DNA of 64,000 bases from Planctomycetota bacterium. Lineage in GTDB: Bacteria > Planctomycetota > SZUA-567 > H5-PLA8. The translations under genes and the position numbers were made by a program. Below are positions 9,198 through 19,810 of this stretch, piece by piece. Where the stretch lies: the NCBI GenBank assembly GCA_038227875.1, contig JBBRPR010000017.1, positions 1 to 64,000 of the forward strand, written 5' to 3'. The notes under the pieces are model-generated. The model saw only the letters and a list, made by a program, of their open reading frames with translations. It did no database searches and was not told where the DNA came from. The first letter of the stretch is position 1. Every line of letters begins with the position of its first letter.

Positions 9198-12100
9198 ATG
9201 GAATTGGATGCAAAATTGGCTGTCACAGAGCGGAGCACGTTCGCGGTTCTTGGACGTTTGTTCTCTGTGCTGCTGGCGGTGTCGGCGGCCTGTACAACGG
9301 CGCGGGCGGCAACCAGCTTCGTCGATACCGCGGAGGCCGACTTCGAGGCGGGAACCCTTAACGGGATAGACACCACCACCTCGCCCGGCGACGTGACTCT
9401 CGCGCCGAAACTGGATCAGTCGAACACGGCGGGTACGACGACCGGTACGGGTTTTGGCACCCCGGCTTGGACTGGACAGACGTTCATTCCAGCCGTCAGT
9501 GGAAACCTCAAAAAAGTGGATGTCCAACTGTTTGCAAACGGCGCCGGATCCAATCCTCCCAACCTGACGGTTTCCATTCGCGCCACGAGCGCCGGTCTGC
9601 CCACAGGCGCCGATCTCGCCACCGGGACCATCGCAGGCTCGATTTTTGGAGACGCTGCAACCCATTGGGTCACCGTTACCTTCGCTTCGCCGGCAACCGT
9701 GACCGCAGGAACAAAATACGCTGTGATTCTGCGTCCTGTGTCAGTGCCGGCTGGCTCTGGCTATTTCTGGATTCGCTCCAGTCCCAGCACCTATGCCAAC
9801 GGCTCGCGAGTTCTTTCGGCCGACAGTGGCTCGACATGGTCGGCCGATACAACCAGAGACTACAATTTCAGGACGTACGTGGACACAGGATCCGGCGCCC
9901 TGATTTCTTCGACGAAAGACGCGAATCCGACCGGCGGCGCCACACCAAAGTGGCAGTTGTTGAGTTGGACGGCCTCGACGCCCGCCAATACGGCTGTGAG
10001 CTTTCAGTTGGCAGCCAGCAACAATGCGGCGGGGCCGTTCAACTTTGTCGGCCCTGACGGTACCGCCACGACCTTCTTCACCACCAGCAGCACGTCGCTA
10101 AGCCAGTTCGACGGCAATCGCTATCTGCGCTACGAAGCTTTTCTGGCCACCAGCATCTCCAACCTCACGCCGGTCCTCCAGGACGTGACGATCACGGTCG
10201 TAGCCGCCCCCACCATCTCCGTAACCACCAACCCAACCAATCAGACGGTCAACGCGAGCCAGCAGGCCACCTTTACGGCGGCGGCCAACGCCAACCCTGG
10301 GGCTATGGTCCAGTGGCAACTCAGCACCGATAGCGGCGTTAATTTCAACGATATCTCCAGCGCGACCAGCACCACCATGACCTTTACGACCACCGTCGCC
10401 GACGACGGCAACCAGTACCGAGCCGTCTTCACCAACACGGGCGATAATAGCGTCACAGCCACCACCACAGCGGCGACTCTCGCCGTACGCTTCGTCACGG
10501 TAATCAGCCCAAACAATCAGACGGTCAACGCCGGCCAGCAGGCAACCTTTACCGCAGTGGCCAACGCCAACCCGGGCGCCACAGTCCAGTGGCAATTCAG
10601 CACCGATGGAGGCGTGAATTTCAACGATATCCTTGGCGCGACCAGCACCACACTGTCGTTCACGGCCGCGGCCAGCAACAATAGCAATCAGTACCGCGCT
10701 GTTTTCACCAACACGGGCGACAACAGCGTCACAGCCACGACCACAGCGGCGACTCTCGCCGTACGCTTCGTCACGGTGACCAACCCAACCAATCAGACGG
10801 TCAACGCCACACAGCAGGCAACCTTTACGGCGTCTGCCAACGCCAACCCTGGGGCCACGGTCCAGTGGCAACTCAGCACCGACGGAGGCGTGAATTTCAA
10901 CGATATCTTCGGCGCGACCAGCACCTCACTGTCGTTCACGGCCGCGGCCAGCAACAATGGCAATCAGTACCGCGCTGTTTTCACCAACGCGGGCGACAAC
11001 AGCGTCACAGCCACCACCACAGCGGCGACTCTCGCCGTACGCTTCGTCACGGTAATCAGCCCAAACAATCAGACGGTCAATGCCGGCCAGCAGGCAACCT
11101 TTATCGCGGCGGCCAACGCCAACCCTGGAGCCACGGTCCAGTGGCAACTCAGCACTGATGGCGGCGTGAATTACAACGATATCCCAGGCGCGACCAGCAC
11201 TACACTGTCGTTCACGGCCGTGGCTAGCAACAATGGCAATCAGTACCGCGCTGTTTTCACCAACGCGGGCGACAACAGCGTCACAAGCACCACTACTGCG
11301 GCCACCCTGACTGTAGTGAGTTCCCATGCCCCGCTGCCTGTCGTCTCGCTCCAGCCATCCAGTAGCAGTATCTTTGCCGGCCAGATGGTTACGTTGAATG
11401 TAAGCGCCAGCGGCACGGGATTGTCATACCAATGGTATCAAGGCAACAGCGACGACACGTCGGCGTCGGTGGCCGGAGCGACCTCGGCCAGTTTCACGAC
11501 TCCGCCGCTGACTGCTTCAACAAACTACTGGGTGATGGTTTCTAATTCCGCCGGACGCGTCAACAGCAATACCGCTGTCGTAACAGTCTTTTCGCAGCCG
11601 GTTTTTAATGGTGGCTCCGGCAATACGCTGGTCAACGCAACCATGCAGTTATCGGTAAACGTACTGGCTTCCAGCGGTACGTCGGTGAATTGGAGTTTTG
11701 GAGATGGCTCAACAGCAACTGGAGTAAAGGTATCGCATCAATATACCATGCCTGGGGCGTACTCCGTCATTGTAACGGTCACCGATGCCAGTGGTCAGAA
11801 TTCTTCGGTCACGCAAACCGTAACCGTGGCGCCAACGCCATTCCGCCTGAAGAAAGCCTTATTCAACCTCAAAAGCGGAAACGATAGCGCAACCATCAGC
11901 GGCATCATTCACATCCCGGCAGGATTAACGTTGGCTCAGACTCCGTTCATCGTCACGGTGGGCGGCAACGTGGTGACTTTCAATTTCTCTCACGGTAAGC
12001 GCGCCACGAGCGGAGCCAGTTCATTTGCACTGGCAGCCAGGACGACGAATGGAGTCACAGTCTCAAGCGAATCGAAATTCTCATTGAACCTCACCGGTAA

Positions 12101-12266
12101 TTTGGGTGCGAACTTCAAGGCCAATGCGCCGCTGGATGCGAATGGACTGCCAACCCAGATCGGAATACAGATTCAATTCAGCGATGTCTATATTGGGCTA
12201 ATGCAGAGCACCGTCTTTACGACCGAGAAAAAAGGCCAAACCGCATCGGGCAAGCTGGTGCAGTGA
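9198..12266 (+). CDS. Secreted adhesin-like protein: choice-of-anchor-R-like N-domain, four Ig-like repeats, Ig and PKD domains, conserved C-terminal domain
   Basis: Signal peptide ending TARAA; GQTF..VDVQL module; VQWQ..YRAVFTN Ig repeats; PKD signature WSFGDGS..HQYTMPGAYSV. Confidence 0.85.
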   Translation: MELDAKLAVTERSTFAVLGRLFSVLLAVSAACTTARAATSFVDTAEADFEAGTLNGIDTTTSPGDVTLAPKLDQSNTAGTTTGTGFGTPAWTGQTFIPAVSGNLKKVDVQLFANGAGSNPPNLTVSIRATSAGLPTGADLATGTIAGSIFGDAATHWVTVTFASPATVTAGTKYAVILRPVSVPAGSGYFWIRSSPSTYANGSRVLSADSGSTWSADTTRDYNFRTYVDTGSGALISSTKDANPTGGATPKWQLLSWTASTPANTAVSFQLAASNNAAGPFNFVGPDGTATTFFTTSSTSLSQFDGNRYLRYEAFLATSISNLTPVLQDVTITVVAAPTISVTTNPTNQTVNASQQATFTAAANANPGAMVQWQLSTDSGVNFNDISSATSTTMTFTTTVADDGNQYRAVFTNTGDNSVTATTTAATLAVRFVTVISPNNQTVNAGQQATFTAVANANPGATVQWQFSTDGGVNFNDILGATSTTLSFTAAASNNSNQYRAVFTNTGDNSVTATTTAATLAVRFVTVTNPTNQTVNATQQATFTASANANPGATVQWQLSTDGGVNFNDIFGATSTSLSFTAAASNNGNQYRAVFTNAGDNSVTATTTAATLAVRFVTVISPNNQTVNAGQQATFIAAANANPGATVQWQLSTDGGVNYNDIPGATSTTLSFTAVASNNGNQYRAVFTNAGDNSVTSTTTAATLTVVSSHAPLPVVSLQPSSSSIFAGQMVTLNVSASGTGLSYQWYQGNSDDTSASVAGATSASFTTPPLTASTNYWVMVSNSAGRVNSNTAVVTVFSQPVFNGGSGNTLVNATMQLSVNVLASSGTSVNWSFGDGSTATGVKVSHQYTMPGAYSVIVTVTDASGQNSSVTQTVTVAPTPFRLKKALFNLKSGNDSATISGIIHIPAGLTLAQTPFIVTVGGNVVTFNFSHGKRATSGASSFALAARTTNGVTVSSESKFSLNLTGNLGANFKANAPLDANGLPTQIGIQIQFSDVYIGLMQSTVFTTEKKGQTASGKLVQ
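10230..11316 (+). repeat. Four near-identical 276-bp tandem repeats encoding 92-aa Ig-like domains
   Basis: Units start at 10230, 10506, 10782 and 11058; unit starts alternate NPTNQ / SPNNQ. Confidence 0.9.
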
Positions 12267-12539
12267 AGACTAAGGAGGAACAGATCCAGATCCCGCACTT
12301 TCCCTCGGCAGGAGCCGAGCGTTTGAGAATTCTTGAGGCGGAGTGTTTTCTTGACCGCCCGATCTACACAACCGCAGCCGATCGCGTGAAGGGGCAGCCC
12401 CATCGCGGTTTTGGCGTCGCTGTTTCACGGCTGCATTCTAATTCCGCATAAAGCACAAGAAAGAATGCTAAGCACAACCCGATTGCATTCGTCTTCGTCC
12501 GCCGCTATACAAAATTGACTCTTGGGAGCCCCTCATAGA

Positions 12540-13301
12540 ATGAGTGAGTCGAATCTTCGGTTCATCAACGAGCCATACCACGCCAACGGCATCGGACAAA
12601 TTCTGCTTCAATTTCAGGAACAGGGTTACGCCGTGCTGCACGACGTTTTCGAACGCGACAGCATCGACGAATACGTCGCTCAGGTAAACGCATCATTGGT
12701 TCCCGGTCAGCACGGTCGGTTGGAACTTCCACCCAGCCCCCTGCGAATCGCGCCGACCCGTGCGCCGCGCATTCGCGACATCGTGAAGGCCGCGTTCTGT
12801 CCGGCGGTCATGCGTCCGAATATCTCGATCTTCGAAGTCGCCTGGCTCATCGCACCCGCCGAAAAGCCGGGGGCCATCGTCGGGACGTGGCACAAAGATC
12901 GTGATCACAACTGTTACACCTGCGCGCAAGGTTACAGCTATCCCAACGACATCCATGTCGGAATGTATTTCTCCGACATGACTCCGGAACATGGCCCAAC
13001 GCAGGTGATCGCACGTTCGCATCGCGACATTAAGCGCACACCCTTCACCGGCACCGAACCGGATTCATTCATCTGCCGCAAGCAGGACGCAGTGATGTGG
13101 GATCAGCGGTTGTGGCACCGCGCGACCCAATGCACGACCGGGAGCCACCGCATCTTCGCCCTCTTCGGCTTCTATCCGATACCCAGCTACGCCGAGAACG
13201 CGCACAAAATGGACCCATCGCAGCGTCAGGCGTGGTTAGCGGCGCAGGATGATATGGAGGCGATGTTGTACGGCGGACTCTATCCGCAGCGGGAAAATTA
13301 A
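12540..13301 (+). CDS. Phytanoyl-CoA dioxygenase (PhyH) family Fe(II)/2OG oxygenase
   Basis: FQEQGYAVL, WHKD (HxD), DMTPEHGPTQVIARSH, distal LWH. Confidence 0.85.
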   Translation: MSESNLRFINEPYHANGIGQILLQFQEQGYAVLHDVFERDSIDEYVAQVNASLVPGQHGRLELPPSPLRIAPTRAPRIRDIVKAAFCPAVMRPNISIFEVAWLIAPAEKPGAIVGTWHKDRDHNCYTCAQGYSYPNDIHVGMYFSDMTPEHGPTQVIARSHRDIKRTPFTGTEPDSFICRKQDAVMWDQRLWHRATQCTTGSHRIFALFGFYPIPSYAENAHKMDPSQRQAWLAAQDDMEAMLYGGLYPQREN

Positions 13302-13502
13302 TGTAAAGGAAATTGGTCCGGCTGAGAAAACAATGGCTGGGGATCTCCTTATTGTCCAGGGAAGAGGGTTCGTTATCGGTTGCTTCTTTCAGGAATGTTG
13401 GCGATGCCGGCGCGGCTGAATCCTATTACCGGCGTGGCAGGCATTGGCACGCGCGAATGGGATTTTTAGGATAGTACATTGGTCGTGGGGGAAACGCGTA
13501 TG

Positions 13503-13946
13503 TCACGCAAAATCGACTTTGTCGGGTAATTCATTCACATCGGTGTCCGCATCGACTGGAAAATGAAGTGCGAGTTGCGCGCCAACGTGCTCAATGCCCA
13601 GAACGATGCCGCCCGTGAAATCGACTTTACTAAAACGCTCGGCCATGACGTGTACGACCCCGCTCCAGAAATGCGGTCCCACCTTTTCGTTAATACCTCT
13701 GTCGCCCAAGATCACAAACTTTCTCCGCGCGGGCACGACGAAGAACAGTACTCCATTGCGTTGAGTCGTCTTGGCGACGAGTAGGCGGGAAAAGGCTTTC
13801 TCAGCCACTGACCGCACGTCGCCCCAGAAAAAACGCGAGACCGAAACACAAATCTCGCCAGACGTGCGATGCTCCGCCTGTTTCATGGCCGCCTCAATGC
13901 TCGCGGTGTCGATCAACTGCATCAGTTTGCCGCGTGTCATCACCAT
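13503..13946 (-). CDS. TPM domain (DUF477-like) protein
   Basis: AEHRTSGEI, RNGVLFFV, ILGDRGI, NELPD; third gene of the lemA operon. Confidence 0.85.
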   Translation of the reverse strand: MVMTRGKLMQLIDTASIEAAMKQAEHRTSGEICVSVSRFFWGDVRSVAEKAFSRLLVAKTTQRNGVLFFVVPARRKFVILGDRGINEKVGPHFWSGVVHVMAERFSKVDFTGGIVLGIEHVGAQLALHFPVDADTDVNELPDKVDFA

Positions 13947-14713
13947 GATCCACTTGCCCCTCCACCGCCCGATCTGCCTCCGCCGCCGCCTCCGAACCCG
14001 CCGCTGCCACCGCCCAGTCCACCAAATCCGCCGCCTGAATTCCCGTTGCCATAACGCCTTTGTCCTCCGGACAGAATGCTGGTCAGGAGGTAAAGCGCGA
14101 GCGAAGGATGCGTAGCAAGCAGCCCGAGAAAGGCGATACCCAATAGTCCGTACAGCACCAGTTGCAAGTTGCTCAGAGGAATTTGCTGCTGCGTTGATGC
14201 CGGAGGACTGGTGCCGGATGCCGCGCCTGGCAGGGCCTTGCCGTCCAGCACCTTCACAATCTCTTCCGCGCCGGAAGTGACCGCGCCGTCCGGGTCGTTG
14301 GCGACGAGCTTGGGCTGAATGACGTCGTGAATGATGCGTGAAGCGAGCGCATCGGTGAGCTGCCCTTCGAGTCCGTACCCGACTTCAATTCGCATGCGCC
14401 GATCATCGACCATGAGGAACAATGCGACGCCGTCGTCCAGTCCCTTGCGTCCTACTTTCCACGTCTTAAATGCCTTGACAGCCCAGTCTTCAATGGGCAC
14501 ACCGCCGGTGGTCTTACCGATGTAAATAAACAACTGATGCCCACTCGAACGCTCGTAGGCCTCCAAACGTGAGTTCAAATTCTGGACGGCGAGCGGCGAC
14601 ATGTAACCGGCTGCATCGGTCACATAGTTGGATGGCGATGCCGGGATTGGCGTCTCGGCACCAGCGGACAAGAGGGGCAGAATGCCGCAGAGAAGTGGAA
14701 GCAGCAGACGCAT
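13940..14713 (-). CDS. TPM domain protein (YgcG-like) with Gly-rich tail
   Basis: VTDAAG, WKVGRKGLDDG, RIEVGYGLEG, GGGRSGGGGASGSW. Confidence 0.9.
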   Translation of the reverse strand: MRLLLPLLCGILPLLSAGAETPIPASPSNYVTDAAGYMSPLAVQNLNSRLEAYERSSGHQLFIYIGKTTGGVPIEDWAVKAFKTWKVGRKGLDDGVALFLMVDDRRMRIEVGYGLEGQLTDALASRIIHDVIQPKLVANDPDGAVTSGAEEIVKVLDGKALPGAASGTSPPASTQQQIPLSNLQLVLYGLLGIAFLGLLATHPSLALYLLTSILSGGQRRYGNGNSGGGFGGLGGGSGGFGGGGGGRSGGGGASGSW

Positions 14714-15321
14714 TAGAATTTGACTTGCGGCGCTTTCTCTGCGCCAGCTTGTGCGGTGAAATAAGCCTTATGCTGAAAGCGTGATCCGAAGAATCCGGCG
14801 ATCATCACGGTTGGGAAGCTGTCGCGCTTGGTGTTAAACGCTTGCGCTGTCTCGTTGAAACGCATCCGCTCAACTGAGATACGGTTCTCGGTGCCCTCGA
14901 GCTGCGACTGAAGATCGCGAAAATTTTGCGTGGCTTTCAAATCCGGATATTTTTCAACGACCACCATCATGCGCGAAAGCGCTGTCGAAAGCTGGTCCTG
15001 AGCAGCCTGGAATTTCTTCAGCGCCTCGGGATCGTTCGCGGGATTGGTTCCGGCCGTGGGCGCGACCTGGCCGACTTTGGCGCGCGCTTCGGTTACTTCG
15101 ACCATTGTGTCGTGCTCGAACTTCGCCGCACCCTTAACAGATTCGACGAGATTGGGTATTAGATCGGCCCGGCGCTGATACGAACTTTCAACCTGCGCCC
15201 ACTGTGCCTGCGTACCCTGATCGAGACTGACTAAAGAATTGTACCCGCCCATTGCCCACAGCCCGATGACGACAACAAAGAACACTATCACTCCAACAAC
15301 GATCCACTTCTTGCTTACCAT
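14713..15321 (-). CDS. lemA: LemA family protein
   Basis: YNSLV, YQRRADLIPNLVESVKG, EKYPDLKA, LEGTENRI. Confidence 0.95.
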   Translation of the reverse strand: MVSKKWIVVGVIVFFVVVIGLWAMGGYNSLVSLDQGTQAQWAQVESSYQRRADLIPNLVESVKGAAKFEHDTMVEVTEARAKVGQVAPTAGTNPANDPEALKKFQAAQDQLSTALSRMMVVVEKYPDLKATQNFRDLQSQLEGTENRISVERMRFNETAQAFNTKRDSFPTVMIAGFFGSRFQHKAYFTAQAGAEKAPQVKF

Positions 15322-15542
15322 GGCGACAATCCTTTTTTTACGTTTAACGGTTTGAAAAACACATCAAGAAGGAATATCGAATCTCCTCGCAGCGAATTTA
15401 TTGAGATGGAACTCAAGCTTGTCGCGACCGCCGATGATCGGACTGAACAGGTTGGTTTGGGCCCGGGTCTTATGGCGTAGTGAGGTCCTAATCAGAAAGG
15501 ATCAAAAACCGCAACCTATCCCTGCCAACTCTGTTCGTAACC

Positions 15543-15557
15543 GCATTCCGCGTGCCG
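15543..15557 (-). promoter_or_regulatory. Possible sigma-54 -24/-12 promoter facing lemA
   Basis: Minus strand CGGCACGCGGAATGC has GG-N10-GC spacing similar to TGGCAC-N5-TTGC; imperfect match. Confidence 0.25.
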
Positions 15558-15666
15558 AATGAAAAATAGACGTATGCATGCGAGCTGGATCGCTTAGCGC
15601 TATCGAAAATTGACTTTCACTGACTGAGAATCGTTCGACTTTTCCGCCAAGGTTTTACACGGGCTG

Positions 15667-17685
15667 CTAGTGCGCGCCGATGCAATACAGGGTTGCTTCC
15701 GAGCGGTAGAACATCCGGTCTCCCTCAAAGACCGGGCTGCTTATCGATGTTTCCTGGTGCTCGTACCATTGGCCGATACCGGTCGAATTCTCCAGGCGAT
15801 TCTTGGCCACCTGCTTGAAAGTCCGTCCAGTCTCCAACACCACCGCTGAGCCCTGATTGCCAAACACGTACAGGTACTTTCCGGCGATCACCGGACTGGA
15901 ACCCAGGCCGCGCGCGGCTTTCATGTTGTGATGATTGAGCACGCTGACGTCGAGCATCTTCTGATAGAGCACCTGCCCTGCCGCCAGATCCACCACGCTC
16001 AGCACGCCGTCGATGTTAACGGAGTAGAGCAGACCGTCGTTGATCAGTAACGAAGCAGTGGTCACTGCGTAGTAAAATAAAGGGAACTGAAGAGTGTTGA
16101 TCGGCACTGGCGGCTTGATATCCGCCTTGAACGGTTCCGCGGCCTTGGCCGGCAACGTGTAGGAGCCTCCGGCAAAATAGACCGCGCCATCCTTGATGAC
16201 TGGTGTCTGGATCGCCATCTGGCCCTTCTGTTCAAAGAGCATCTTGCCGTTAGCCGCCTGGCGGATTGTGCCGTTGGGTTCAAGGAACAACGCCTCGCTG
16301 CCGATCGTCAGCCCCGTTAGCGATGCCTGGTACGCTTCGCGCGGCAGACGCCAGAGCACCGTGCCGGTGGCGGCGTCCAGACCCAGCGTTTCGTTCATGT
16401 GGACGATCAGCTTGCCGCCAACCAGGACCGGCGTCGTAGCGACACCGTGCTCGCGAATCGGAGCATCGTTGTCGAGGTGAATCCATTTGCGATTGCCGTT
16501 CAGGTCGTAGCAGACAGTGATGCCCGTGGCATACCAAACATAAACGTTCTTTCCGTCGCTGACGGGCGTGATGCCTGCATATCCCAGGTCTTGTCCATCC
16601 AGCAGCTTGTATTTCTTCCGGTCCACCTTGAGCATCAGTTCGTAAATCTTTTTCTCGAGCGCGTGTTTCTCCTCCACCATTTTTCCATCCGGCGGAGTTT
16701 CCGTTGAGTAGGCCTTGTTGATCTCGGCGATCCGCTTGGCCCACGGGGCGGCCTCCTGCAGCGCCGGAGCGGCTTTCAATTCCTCGTCGGTCAGCGTGTC
16801 GAAATAATTGGCGGAGTTCACCCACAGGATCTTGCCGTCGGCCTTGTTGAGGCAGACCAGGTCGTAGGTTTCGGCCGGAGAGAATACCTTATCGCCAACA
16901 ATAATCGGCGAGGCGTTGCTGGTGCCGGGCATCGCCGTCGACCACACAACATTCTTGTTTTCGTACACGTACGGCGCTCGACCGAACAACTGAGGGCTGA
17001 AATACCATTGCACGGCCGGACTGTTATCCCCGAGCACGGCGTCGGGCACGAGTTTGAACAGCAGGCGATTCCACCCGGGCGTCAGCGCCAGCACCGCGCT
17101 TGCGCTCCAGGCCTTTTCCCCGGTGAAGACATCCTTGCCGTTGAGCCAGCAGCGGACGCCGCCGTGGTAGGTGCCCCCAAGCACGATGGTGTTAGCGGTC
17201 TTGGAGTAGATGTAGGTGTGCGCGTACGCGGCCGTCTTGGGATGTTTGCCCATGATCGTATTGAAATCCATGCAGTTGGATTCTGCCTTGAACGCCTTCC
17301 AGGTCAGATCTCCGTTTTTTTCGTTCTCGTCGGGCTGCAGTTGAGCCTCGTTTGGAATGAAGTCCGTGCCCAATTTCGCGCCGTCGGGCACGGGCACCGG
17401 ACCCAGCAGCAGCCAGTCGCGAATGACGCCATCGGCCGCGCTCGATCCGCCCGGTGCGTCGCCCTTGGGCTTTTGAGCCTGCACGGTCAGGTCTTTCAGT
17501 GCCTTGGAGGTTCGTCCCCATTCTATCGGCGGCGTGGCTTTGGGATAACAGCCAGTGCCGTCGTTACGCCAGCCGACCGGGTGTTCAGGTGTAGGCTTAA
17601 AGTCCGCGGAGCCGAGTCCGGCTTCCGCGCCCATCGCGTTGAACATCCGTAACAGTAGACAAACGATTCCAAACGCGTGTTTCAT
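15667..17685 (-). CDS. PQQ-binding-like beta-propeller repeat protein with inserted beta-sandwich domain
   Basis: GWRNDGTG, ASPIIVGDKVF, LVCLNKADGKILW, SSPV..GDRMFYRSEATLYCIG. Confidence 0.85.
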   Translation of the reverse strand: MKHAFGIVCLLLRMFNAMGAEAGLGSADFKPTPEHPVGWRNDGTGCYPKATPPIEWGRTSKALKDLTVQAQKPKGDAPGGSSAADGVIRDWLLLGPVPVPDGAKLGTDFIPNEAQLQPDENEKNGDLTWKAFKAESNCMDFNTIMGKHPKTAAYAHTYIYSKTANTIVLGGTYHGGVRCWLNGKDVFTGEKAWSASAVLALTPGWNRLLFKLVPDAVLGDNSPAVQWYFSPQLFGRAPYVYENKNVVWSTAMPGTSNASPIIVGDKVFSPAETYDLVCLNKADGKILWVNSANYFDTLTDEELKAAPALQEAAPWAKRIAEINKAYSTETPPDGKMVEEKHALEKKIYELMLKVDRKKYKLLDGQDLGYAGITPVSDGKNVYVWYATGITVCYDLNGNRKWIHLDNDAPIREHGVATTPVLVGGKLIVHMNETLGLDAATGTVLWRLPREAYQASLTGLTIGSEALFLEPNGTIRQAANGKMLFEQKGQMAIQTPVIKDGAVYFAGGSYTLPAKAAEPFKADIKPPVPINTLQFPLFYYAVTTASLLINDGLLYSVNIDGVLSVVDLAAGQVLYQKMLDVSVLNHHNMKAARGLGSSPVIAGKYLYVFGNQGSAVVLETGRTFKQVAKNRLENSTGIGQWYEHQETSISSPVFEGDRMFYRSEATLYCIGAH

Positions 17686-17909
17686 GTTTCGCCCCCAGTC
17701 TTGACTAATTCTATAGTGTTATCCGAATTTTTATGGGCAACGCCGGCAGAATCTTTGTATGCACACCGCTAAAGGATTGAAGGTCGGCCGATCGACACTG
17801 TATCAACGTATGGCAATTCTGGGCATAAAGCGATTCGAAGGGTAGTCAGGACTCTCTACACGAACGTCAGTTCAAAGATGTGCTGATCGCCGGGTAGAAA
17901 GGCACGCCA

Positions 17910-18614
17910 TTAGCGCCAAAGCAAGGCATCCAAAAACAATTCATCCGCAGATACAACAAATCTCCGGATCGGGCCCAATCGGAGCACGAGGGACGCTATG
18001 GGCAGCGTCTGCTCAATTAACTTCAGCAGACCGCGCGTTGCGCGCTGTCCGGGGCTTTTGTCGAGGAGCCACCATTGAATTATGGCCAGATGAACAAGGT
18101 AGAGCAGCCGACCCAGCGCCGCACCAACTTCGGTGCCCGGAGCGTCTGTCGCCTCGGTGATGGCACGCGCAAAGGCCTCCTGTACGCGTCGGCGCGAAAA
18201 CGCGGTTTCCGGCGAAAACAAACCTTCGCTGGCCGTGCTGATGATGATTGGAAAGAGCGCCGATAGCATCCGACGATTTGGCCACAGGACGTCGAGGCTC
18301 GTCCGCAATGCAAAAATAAAGCGGTCGCGCCACTTGCCGGGCTTCATCTCTCCGGCTTTGATGGCATATTTCGCGGACAAATCGTCGTACACTTTCAGGA
18401 CAACGGCGCGTTTGCTTGGGAAATACTTATAAAGTAGCGCGGGGCTTACTCCGGCCTTCTGGGCGACATCGCGCAGGGTCGTCGCTTCGTATCCCCGCTC
18501 CGCAATCAGCTCCACCGCCGTCTGGTAAAGCCGCTCCCGCGAAGCCTCGCCCTGAGCGGTCCGGCCGACAGGCCGGCCACGTTTTCTTGGCGCGTTCTGT
18601 TCTGCATTTGGCAT
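17910..18614 (-). CDS. TetR family transcriptional regulator
   Basis: GYEATTLRDVAQKAGVSPALLYKYFPSK HTH; SD AAGGAG before ATG 18614. Confidence 0.92.
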   Translation of the reverse strand: MPNAEQNAPRKRGRPVGRTAQGEASRERLYQTAVELIAERGYEATTLRDVAQKAGVSPALLYKYFPSKRAVVLKVYDDLSAKYAIKAGEMKPGKWRDRFIFALRTSLDVLWPNRRMLSALFPIIISTASEGLFSPETAFSRRRVQEAFARAITEATDAPGTEVGAALGRLLYLVHLAIIQWWLLDKSPGQRATRGLLKLIEQTLPIASLVLRLGPIRRFVVSADELFLDALLWR

Positions 18615-18637
18615 AAACACTCCTTGACTTTATTTAG

Positions 18638-18651
18638 GTAAACATGTTTAC
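18638..18651. promoter_or_regulatory. Putative TetR operator, perfect 14-bp palindrome GTAAACATGTTTAC
   Basis: Lies in the short gap between the divergent tetR and TIGR01777 genes. Confidence 0.65.
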
Positions 18652-18698
18652 TGAATATCAGAACGTCAGGCATGGCGCAAATGTAGGAGCAATAAATT

Positions 18699-19634
18699 AT
18701 GAAAATCGTCATCCCCGGTGGGTCTGGGCAAGTCGGCGCGGTGCTAAAACGCGCGTTTGAGCAGAAAGGCCACGACGTTCTCATTCTCAGTCGCTCGAAA
18801 GAGGATCATTCGTCGACGCTTCTGTGGGATGGCCGAACGCTGGGCGATTGGACCCGCGCAATCGACGGAGCCGATGTCGTCATCAACCTCGCCGGCCGCA
18901 CCGTCAACTGCCGTTACACGGCGGAGAACCTGAAACAGATGCTCGATTCGCGTGTTGACTCCACCCGTGTGGTGGGCCAGGCAATCGCACAGTCCAAGCG
19001 ACCGCCTCCGCTCTGGTTGCAGATGAGCACCGCGACCATCTACGCTCATCGCTTTGACGCTCCAAACGACGAATCCGGGCCGCTCGGAGGCCGCGAACCC
19101 GGCGTACCCGACTATTGGAAGCGCAGTATCGACATCGCGCTGGCGTGGGAACGGGAGCTCAACGACGCATCCACGCCGCACACCCGCAAAATTGCCCTTC
19201 GCACGGCCATGGTCATGTGCCCCAGTCCTGGTGGTGTTTTCGATGTGCTGTTGCGGCTGGTCCGATTTCGGCTGGGTGGAAACATCGCCGGGGGCGCGCA
19301 ATACATGTCGTGGATTCACGACCAGGATTTCGTGCGCGCGGTGGAATTTCTGATCCAGCGCAAAGATCTCAGCGGTGCGATCAACATTTGCGCTCCGAAT
19401 CCGCTGCCGCAACGGGATTTCATGCAGGAAATGCGCAAAGCCTGGGGTACGAGCATTGGATTGCCGGCTTCAAAATGGATGATCGAAATCGGCGCATTCG
19501 TGCTGCGCACCGACACTGAATTGCTACTCAAAAGCCGCCGTGTCATTCCCGGCTGCTTGAGCGCCGCTGGATTTTCCTTTAACTTTCCCACTTGGTCGAT
19601 GGCTGCTGCCGATCTGACGTCGCGCTGGCGTTAG
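18699..19634 (+). CDS. TIGR01777 family NAD-dependent epimerase-like oxidoreductase (YfcH-like)
   Basis: MKIVIPGGSGQVG, VINLAG, SRVDST, GAQYMSWIH, SRRVIP. Confidence 0.9.
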   Translation: MKIVIPGGSGQVGAVLKRAFEQKGHDVLILSRSKEDHSSTLLWDGRTLGDWTRAIDGADVVINLAGRTVNCRYTAENLKQMLDSRVDSTRVVGQAIAQSKRPPPLWLQMSTATIYAHRFDAPNDESGPLGGREPGVPDYWKRSIDIALAWERELNDASTPHTRKIALRTAMVMCPSPGGVFDVLLRLVRFRLGGNIAGGAQYMSWIHDQDFVRAVEFLIQRKDLSGAINICAPNPLPQRDFMQEMRKAWGTSIGLPASKWMIEIGAFVLRTDTELLLKSRRVIPGCLSAAGFSFNFPTWSMAAADLTSRWR

Positions 19635-19810
19635 AGCACCGCATCGTGGGGAATCAGGATTAGGCTGAAAACAACCCGACCGCGCAGATGTTGCGTCCCG
19701 GGTGTTGCCTGTGCAGGCCGTGGTCCTCCAATCAGTGTATCATTGGGCCGGTCCACGCTGCGCATCTTGATCCGCACTGGGGATTCTGGCCTAGTTAAGG
19801 TGACTTGCTC

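Noticed and set aside
13445..13460. Sigma-54 promoter TGGCACG (also at ~28510)
   Set aside because: The -12 GC is absent or mis-spaced, and the orientation does not fit an adjacent gene.
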